In this document: piece after piece, positions 56,292 to 64,000 of the stretch
Numbering within the stretch: the stretch's first letter is position 1
Layout of the letters: every line of letters begins with the position of its first letter
NCBI GenBank assembly: GCA_951406725.2
Contig: OX597822.1
Coordinates: forward strand, 113,150,001-113,214,000
Origin: Octopus vulgaris
Taxonomy: Eukaryota
Length of the DNA: 64,000 bases
Reading direction: 5' to 3'
Program-made: the position numbers and the translations under genes
The notes under the pieces: model-generated
What the model was told of the DNA's origin: nothing
What the model saw: the letters and a program-made list of their open reading frames with translations, nothing else
Databases searched by the model: none

Positions 56292-58794
56292 ACCCTATCC
56301 ACCACAGAGTACAATACGACTGAGAAAAGACAAGTTTTCCGGTTCTAATTTACCGCTCACCATAAAAATTACCACAAACATAACCAGACATTTCCTAACA
56401 CAAATAAGACATATTTGTTATCCCTAAGTGAATGCTAGACATGAAGATCAGTTATTCATAGCAACACAACGAAGTTACCTATCTAAAGATGTCATCAAAT
56501 GATTCCACCCTATAATAAACAAAGTACCCTTTAAATACACCCAATTCCACATGGTGTGTGTTTTTTTAATCTTTCTCGGATATCTCTCTCCTACATTTGT
56601 CTTTAGGTACTTTTTAGCCCCAGTTTTAACAAGTTCTTTTTCTTCCTTTTTTTTCTTTCAAAGCAGAGTGAACCTTCAGTCTCTGTTTTAGGTTTCCAAG
56701 AAGTTATCTTATTCTTGTTTTCTAGTTATTTACATTAGTTTTCCATTGTTCTTAAAGAAATAGTTTGAAAGTGCTACTGTGAATTTTTCATAATATCTTT
56801 GTAGTTGCACACGACCCTTACCGTTCAGTATTCGTAACAAATATAATTTTTCTATGTCAAAGTTTGGGAGATATTTTGCAAAAGAATTCATTATATATCT
56901 TTTATCAGTCTAGTTTTGCTAATGAACTTAGCATCCAGGTGAGAATATAACTTAAACACGTTACTACAATAGTAAATGCATATACTCTTTGTAGAAGTGT
57001 TATTGGGATCAGTCGTGTGCAGTCGATGAATAAGCATCTGAAATTTTAAGAGTAGAACTTATGCTGCAGTGTTTCAGAATGCCATAGATTCACTATCAGA
57101 AACCATTCGACAGGAAGGAATTACAACCGTGTTTCGTGGTCTGCTACCACAGCAGCTCCTTTATAGGATCCAGTTAGCTCAAGACATCATCAGGAGGAAC
57201 CACGTCCGGCCCCTACTCCTCTACCGTTTTGACGTGGCGCCCCCCCCCCTTTCGGAGGTGTCTTCAGCTCTGGTGTTGGTTGCATGTCTTCTTTCTTCTG
57301 TTCCCTGGCCTCTTCGATGCTGCATCAATGAATGTCAGCCGGTGACTGACTGACTTGTCAAACTTTTCCCTTTAAATACCTGCCGCAAAGGCTTCAGCAG
57401 GCAGCCCCAGCAAGTTGTCACGTGACACTGTCTCACCTTAACTGACTAGTGAAGGCGCGTAGTCTTCACCCACGCATTCTCTAAACGACCGTCACCTGTC
57501 TGTCAGTGAAGCTGATTCAGTGTCAGCTTGTCTCACCTAGTGATGTTATTTCCCGCCGGCATGTTATGACTTTCAAGCCATTTTTGGTCTTCCCGCTTCC
57601 GCGTGTCCTGGGGATATTGGCCATATGTAAAGCAACCACAAATATAAGTATACACATTAAACTGTCATTTACTCATGACAGATAATTCTACAGATACAAA
57701 CAAAAGAGGAAAATATATAAAGACTTGATCTCTTTCGGTTAAGAAATATTTCTTGGGAGGATTCATCTCTTCGTTTCTTTTCTGCCTGTCGCGCATACTT
57801 TCAACTAAACCGCTAAAGGAAACAAACACTACGACATGAACGAATTTAGTGTCTCGTCATGCTTTTAGCTTTCTACACTTTGTACTGAAACCACCTTACC
57901 TTTTTGAAGTTGGTTCCACACTTGTTTTCGTTCCAACAATCCACCGGAATCAATTTTCAGATGCTGAAGTAGAAGATACACTTTGATCCACCAAGAGTCT
58001 GAGGGAATCGGCTGCTCTCAACTGGTTTAGTCCATCTCTTTAATCGGTTTGTCGGTACCTGGTCTCTTGGCACACTACAGCTTCTTGGAACCACAGGTGA
58101 GAAATGGGTTTCAAGTAGAAATTAAAGATGGACGTTTTACTACGAAGGGAACACCGTAAGTGCCTCCAGCGGAGCTACTACGTCTCTGCAAACATCTCAA
58201 ACAGAGATCCTGTATGTAAATTAAACAAAATAGCTCAACCCGGAATCAAATTTGCAATGTAAACCAGTATTCTAAGAGTATATCACAGCCTAACAGCGAT
58301 CCCCTCGTAAGACCCAAGAAAGCACATTAACTGGCAATCAGATGCTACTAACTTTAGAGCTAATCGTTTCCAGCTAATTTAATTATTTAATATTTTATAA
58401 CATTTCCTACTATTCAAGATTTCAATGCTTTAAACATAGCTTTATATACTTACAAGGTTAATGATAAATCATTACAATCAGTCTATTATGTTATAGGGCG
58501 CACAAACATACTTATATTGTTTTCCATTCTGATAATTAAATATGCTTTGGCTAATTGAATTATCCTATGACATCATCATAAATGGAACATATTACAAAAT
58601 GCTGCACTGCATGGGTTCCTTTCAGCTTGAACAATGTCATTCTACATTGAAATATCTGCTATTGTTGTAAATAGCATTTATGAAAGAGAAAAATGTTTTC
58701 TTTTTCAATGGGCACAGTGACTTTATACATCAGTGGGGAATGAGAAATATGATGTTCATGCTTTTGTCAAGACTTTGTTACTTAAATATAATGA

Positions 58795-59210
58795 GGGCGA
58801 CGAGCTGGCAGAAATGTTAGCACTCTGTGCGAAATGCTGAGCGGTATTTCGTCTGCCGCTACGTTCTGAGTTCAAATTCCGCTGAGGTCAATCTTGCCTT
58901 TCCTCCTTTCGGGGTCGATTAAATAAGTACCAGATACGCACTGGGGTCGATTTAATCGACTTAATTCGTTTATCTGTCCTTGTTTGTCCCCTTTGTGTTT
59001 AGCCCCTTGTGGATAGTAAAGAAATAGGTATTTCGTTTGCCGTTACGTTCTGAGTTCAAATTCCACCGAGGTTGACTTTGCCTTTCATCCTTTCGGGGTC
59101 GGTTAAATAAGTACCAGATACGTACTGGGGTCGATATAATCGACTTAATCCGTTTATCTGTCTTTGTTTGTCCCCTCTGTGTTTAGCTCCATGTGGGCAG
59201 TAAAGAAATA
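58795..59210 (+). mobile_element. SINE family C, dimeric form
   Basis: 48-bp head plus two 184-bp units (58843-59026 and 59027-59210); 11-bp TSD AAATATAATGA (58784-58794 and 59211-59221). Confidence 0.9.
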
Positions 59211-60368
59211 AAATATAATGAATGCTTCACAGTTTCGTCTCGCAGTTACAGATGAGATTATGGGGAGCAATAATCTCAAGTTATTGTAGAGCAAGACACT
59301 CACTTCATGTAGTGTAAAGCTGTTTTCGTCTTTGTTTCACCCTGGGTCATATCTGACAGATCAAATTTATAATCAATGACGCCCCAGCCATTATCTTCCT
59401 GTCTCATTGTAATATCTATATTGTTTTTGGTTTGTGATGCGATTTGATGGAAACTTGACTGCTATTTCTCACTGGCACATTCCGTCGTTGGTTCATGCAA
59501 TGTAGAAAAGAAGGATTTGGTACTGATTGGTTTTATACCCAAGGGAGTTCGAATGGTCTACATAAGTAAATATTACGTACGTAATACCTCAAGACCACGA
59601 ATTAGTTCAGTATTTTTACATTTAGCATTTTTGCTTTGATTTGATTTAGTTCAGTAATTTTATATGTTGTGGACAACTGAAGAGTTGAGGAGGAAAATGT
59701 GAAAAATACGACAGTTATTATTTTTTAAAAAATCGTTGGAATATCTGTAAAATAATTGATTGATTGATTGCTAAATTGTTTGTTGCAAAATTAGCAAGCC
59801 GTCACGGTTTCCGAGAATAAATATTTTCTGTACGATAGTTTGCGGTATCATATTTCTGCCATCGTCTAATTATAAGTCAAAGCGTTAAATTATGGCAGTG
59901 TATGGAACTTGAATCTATAACAACTTCCTTTTTATATTGGTAAGCTCTCTTGCTTTATTGTAAATGCTATAAAATTACTACGTCAACAGTAATGATACGA
60001 CAAGAGACTACGGATGAACTAATTCAAGGCATTAAACATAAGCTTCACAAGCTCGTTTTACTTACTGATTCTGGTGTAACACGCTATCGCAAGCATAACA
60101 CGCCATGGTCCAGTGGTGTTTTAAACACAGTTACTATTACACTATAGAAATTGTATGCTGGCACAATAATAAGTTAATACCCTTCTAAGTTTAGATATAC
60201 AGGTCTAATATTTGATCTAGTTTTACAATACATTCAGCTAATTTCCTTCAGTTTACAAAAGTAATTATCTAGTAAATGTCTGCCTACAGAGTTTTAATGA
60301 ATTATCAATGTGTGTGTGTGTGTGTATGTGTGTTTGCATGTATATTCATACGTACGTACAGATGTACG

Positions 60369-60403
<35 letters not shown>

Positions 60404-60438
60404 TTGCATGTATATTCATACGTACGTACAGATGTACG

Positions 60439-60541
<103 letters not shown>

Positions 60542-60558
60542 GTGTGTGTGTGCGTGTG

Positions 60559-60760
60559 TAGTTAATCCAAACATGAACAAAGAGAAAACACAACAACGCG
60601 AGGACGTGGTACAAGTATAGTGTTAAATGGACGCTCAGGAAAGGAAAGAAGGAGGATTTAACGTTTTGAGCGGAGCTCTTCTTCAGAAACATAGAAAAAG
60701 GAAACGTCCAAGGAAGGGAAGACGGAGAAAGAAAATTGCCAACGATACACACACGGTCAC
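60559..60760 (-). mobile_element. Family 5 repeat (motif at 60657-60689, G12A-inactivated)
   Basis: TTT-CTGAAGA-A-GAGC-TCC-GCTC-AAAAC-GTT-AAA. Confidence 0.8.
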
Positions 60761-61210
60761 ATAGACATACAGACAGACAGATAAAGACACACTCACATAT
60801 CACACACAAGCGTGTAGTGGGGTGTAATCATATTTTTTTAAATCGTAATATTTCGTTAATTTCCCACGATTCAGACTTATTAGAATATCGGTAAACGATA
60901 TTATTTTAAAAGTCAGTGTCAGTGACTTCTGAGATATGGATGTCGTACACAGCAAACTGTAGAAGTACACGATATGACCACACGTTAATATTGTTAATAC
61001 AAATTATGATACTGGTTTCTAATTTTAGCAGAAGACCAGCAACTTCGGGGAAGAGTTAAATCAATTATATGGACAACAATGCTCGACTGGTACTCATTTC
61101 ATCGACTCTGAAAGGAGGAAAGGCAAGGTTGACAAAGGTAGAATTTGAACTCAGAACATAAAGTCCGACGAAATCCCGCAAAGCATTTTTCCCGGCGTGC
61201 TAACGATTCT

Positions 61211-61626
61211 TATTTCTTTATTGCCCACAAGGGGCTGAACATAGAGGGGACAAACAAGGACAGACAAAGAGATTAAGTCGATTACATCGACCCCAGTCGT
61301 AACTAGTACTTAATTTATCGACCCCGAAAGGATGAAAGGCAAAGTCGACCTCGGCGGAATTTCAACTCAGAACGTAACGGCAGACGAAATACCTATTTCT
61401 TTATTACACACAAGGGGCTAAACACAGAGGGGACAAACAAGGACAGACATAGGTATTAAGTCGATTACATCGACCCCAGTGCGTAACTGGTACTTAATTT
61501 ATCGACCCCGAAAGGATGAAAGGCAAAGTCGACCTCGGCGGAATTTGAACTCAGAACGTAACGGCAGACGAAATACCGCTAGGCATTTCGCCCGGCGTGC
61601 TAACGTTTCTGCCAGCTTGCCGCCTT
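61211..61626 (-). mobile_element. SINE family C, dimeric form, abutting an older copy (~61060-61210)
   Basis: Units 61211-61393 and 61394-61577 plus head; same junction as at 59021-59034. Confidence 0.9.
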
Positions 61627-62149
61627 AATACAGATTATAATATTGCCACAGATAATATAGATACAGATGATAATATTTATTATCTGATGATGATAATCTG
61701 TTTGAATATTAACCATCTTTAAACGCAAGTATGTTATGGCGATTTCAAAAGTTTCCATGAAGGTATGGAAAAGAAATAAACATGTATTAAGAAAAAAGTT
61801 ATGAATACTAATTAGCTTATTTCAAAGTTTCTTATTTCATATTCTACGACTCAAACTTCGGCTAAGATGACCAAGGAGTTGTTTTTGCTTCGTTATGCAC
61901 ATAAAATTTCCTTCAAACAAAATCTTCACCACTTCCTCAATTTTTTTTTTTCTTTTTGTAAACAAGACTGAGCATAGAGATATAGCAACTGCCATTTAAT
62001 TCCTCGTCTTTTGCATGTCAGCTAGCATGAGTCATAAATTTTGTACGCCTGTGATTTCAAGCCGCTTGTCACAGTGGAACATGTCAAATACTTATGATAT
62101 TTCAGCGCCAAGAATAATGACAACACATTTACATCGTTGACATTATGCT

Positions 62150-62480
62150 GCGAGACACGATATTGGAATTCCAACTCCCACGAAATATAGTTTTTTTACT
62201 GCGCTCTCCACATATTTCAAAGCCATGAAAGACAGGATCTTATGTCAGGTCAGTATCACAGCTATAGATGTTATGTCTTTTAGCGATCCTGCAGGTTTTA
62301 GTGATCTTCGAAATATTAGGGACCCCTACGAATTTCTTGAAAGTAACACCCATAAACTTATTGTCAGCTACTGTGAAGACTATTGGTGACCACTTGGCAG
62401 CTAACACAGGATGCCATTTGAGCAGGGTTCGCTTTTGTTAAGTTATATACTGTTGAGAAATTTGAAAAAATTTCCCTGAA
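62150..62480 (-). pseudogene. Possible mariner catalytic-domain remnant
   Basis: Y*PDIRSC resembles the YSPDLAP(S/C)D motif; heavily decayed. Confidence 0.3.
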
Positions 62481-62937
62481 CCCCTGCGGCACAGAAACTC
62501 TGCAGTTGTCTATCGATGGCAAATAGCTAATCATATTGTTGACAATTAAAGAACTATTGTTTCTCGTAAACGTACAGATTTAGATTTCAGTGATCCGCCG
62601 TGATGTCCTATTTTCTTGTCATATATATATTTGTAAGAAGACAAAGAATTTCTAAAATGCACATTTTAGTATAAATGTCTCATTCAGATTTCGTCTTTCT
62701 GGCTTCAGAATAATAATGTTTAAGTGTGTGATGTTTTAAGATTTTAGTTCTTTGAGTCGTGGGATGAAATCGGCCCAGGACTTATTTAAATCTGGAATTT
62801 ACCTTCTAGGTCTCTTTCCAAGAACTGCTACTTAAGAGGGATGTAAACAAAAACAACACTCAGTGACAGACGAACACTAACACAAAGATGTGTGTGTATA
62901 CATATACATGCATGCTTACACGGACACACACACACAT

Positions 62938-63310
62938 GTGCTTGTGTGGTAAGAAGCTTTCTTCTCAACCACATGGTTCCGGATTCAGTTCCACAACGTG
63001 GCACCTTGGGCTACTGTCCTCTATTATAGCCTCAGGGCGACCAAAGCCTTGTGAGAAGATTTGGTAGACGGAAACTGAAAGAAGCCCGTTATATATATAC
63101 ATGGATGTGTGTCTTTCTGTCCGTGTTTGTTCCCCATCACCACTTGACAACCGGTGTAGGTGTGTCTATGTCGCCGATACTTAGTGGTCCGGTAAGAGTT
63201 ATCGATAGAATAAATACCAGGCTTAAAATAAGAAGTACTAGGGTGGATTCATTCGACTAAAAATTCTTCAAAGCGGTGCCCCAGCATGACTGCCGTCTAA
63301 TGACAAGTAA
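62938..63310 (+). mobile_element. SINE family B, diverged full length
   Basis: Head, CORE-like and tail segments. Confidence 0.85.
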
Positions 63311-63315
63311 GGTGC

Positions 63316-63347
<32 letters not shown>

Positions 63348-63400
63348 GAAAAAAACAAGTCAAAATAGAAAATGCTAAAATAATTTTATAAAGAACATTT

Positions 63401-63438
63401 CAGTACCGGTTTCGGTCATTTTGAGACCTTTTCAACTG
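63401..63438 (-). ncRNA. Type-I hammerhead motif with U3-A8 covariant core, family 6
   Basis: CAG-TTGAAAA-GGTC-TCAAAAT-GACC-GAAAC-CG-GTA-CTG: canonical spacing and palindromic ACCGGT helix III. Confidence 0.75.
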
Positions 63439-63630
63439 TAACGATTAAATAATTAAATTTAGAAAAATTAGAAGAAAAGTTTTTGTCGTTGTGACGACCT
63501 CGAACACACAAGTGCAAACAAGGGAGTCAGAGAAAGGCAGAATGCCACTTATATTTGAACACTACTATACAAATATTCCTTTAAAAAAACTTTTCTTCTA
63601 ATTTTTCTAAATTTAATTATTTAATCGTTA

Positions 63631-63668
63631 CAGTTGAAAAAGGTCTCAAAATGACCGAAACCGTACTG
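63631..63668 (+). ncRNA. Family 6 hammerhead motif, plus copy (one extra A, one G deleted)
   Basis: CAG-TTGAAAAA-GGTC-TCAAAAT-GACC-GAAAC-C-GTA-CTG. Confidence 0.6.
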
Positions 63669-63771
63669 AAATGTTCTTTATAAAATTATTTTAGCATTTT
63701 CTATTTTGACTTGTTTTTTCATATATATCAACTCGTGTGTTCCTTTTCACCCTTATACATATATATATGTG

Positions 63772-63990
63772 ATTCAAAATGCGACTGCGTACGTACCGTT
63801 GGCGATTTTTTTTCCTCCGTCTTCTCTTTCTTGGATCTTTCCTTTTCCTATGTTTCTGACGAAGAGCTCCGCTCGAAACGTTAAATCCTCCTTCTTTCTT
63901 TCCTTTCCTATGCGTCCAAAAGCACTATAGTTGTTCCACGTCCTCGCGTTGTTGTGTTTTTTCTTTGTGTTTTCATGTTTGGATTAACTA
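63772..63990 (+). mobile_element. Family 5 repeat, apparently full length
   Basis: Aligns end to end with 36353-36567. Confidence 0.85.
63853..63885 (+). ncRNA. Intact minimal type-I hammerhead motif, family 5
   Basis: TTT-CTGACGA-A-GAGC-TCC-GCTC-GAAAC-GTT-AAA; loopless palindromic helix III (AACGTT). Confidence 0.8.
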
Positions 63991-64000
63991 TATATATACG

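Larger units (their letters stand above)
63340..63728. mobile_element. Penelope-like fold-back cassette, family 6
   Basis: 63340-63484 is a near-perfect reverse complement of 63585-63728, with a 100-bp unique spacer; a variant hammerhead in each arm. Confidence 0.8.

Noticed and set aside
57115-57195. Minus-strand CTGATGA...GAAACACGGTTGTA
   Set aside because: Core elements are present but helix I cannot form.

Overview
Eukaryotic, AT-rich, microsatellite-saturated animal DNA, most likely an octopus or other coleoid cephalopod. That is an inference from the SINE families, repeat density and the Twist sequence. There is one credible host gene, a twist bHLH transcription factor with an uninterrupted CDS (14572-15159, +), lying in a repeat-depleted island within a gene desert. 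The rest is transposon-derived: three abundant tRNA-derived SINE families, a Tc1 with TIRs, a MULE/FLYWCH transposase relic split by a SINE, Helitron pieces, a CR1/L2-group RT fragment and mariner remnants. The main hidden signal is RNA structure. I read about 15 type-I hammerhead ribozyme motifs from seven sequence families, plus several decayed ones. Nearly all have a tiny palindromic helix III (dimer-type), and core variants include U3-A8, an extra A after A9, and A6U. They sit in short ORF-less Penelope-like repeats that abut microsatellites, and three are fold-back cassettes carrying a ribozyme on each strand. Almost all other ORFs in the track are microsatellite or SINE artefacts. Structures were folded by eye and no database searches were run.
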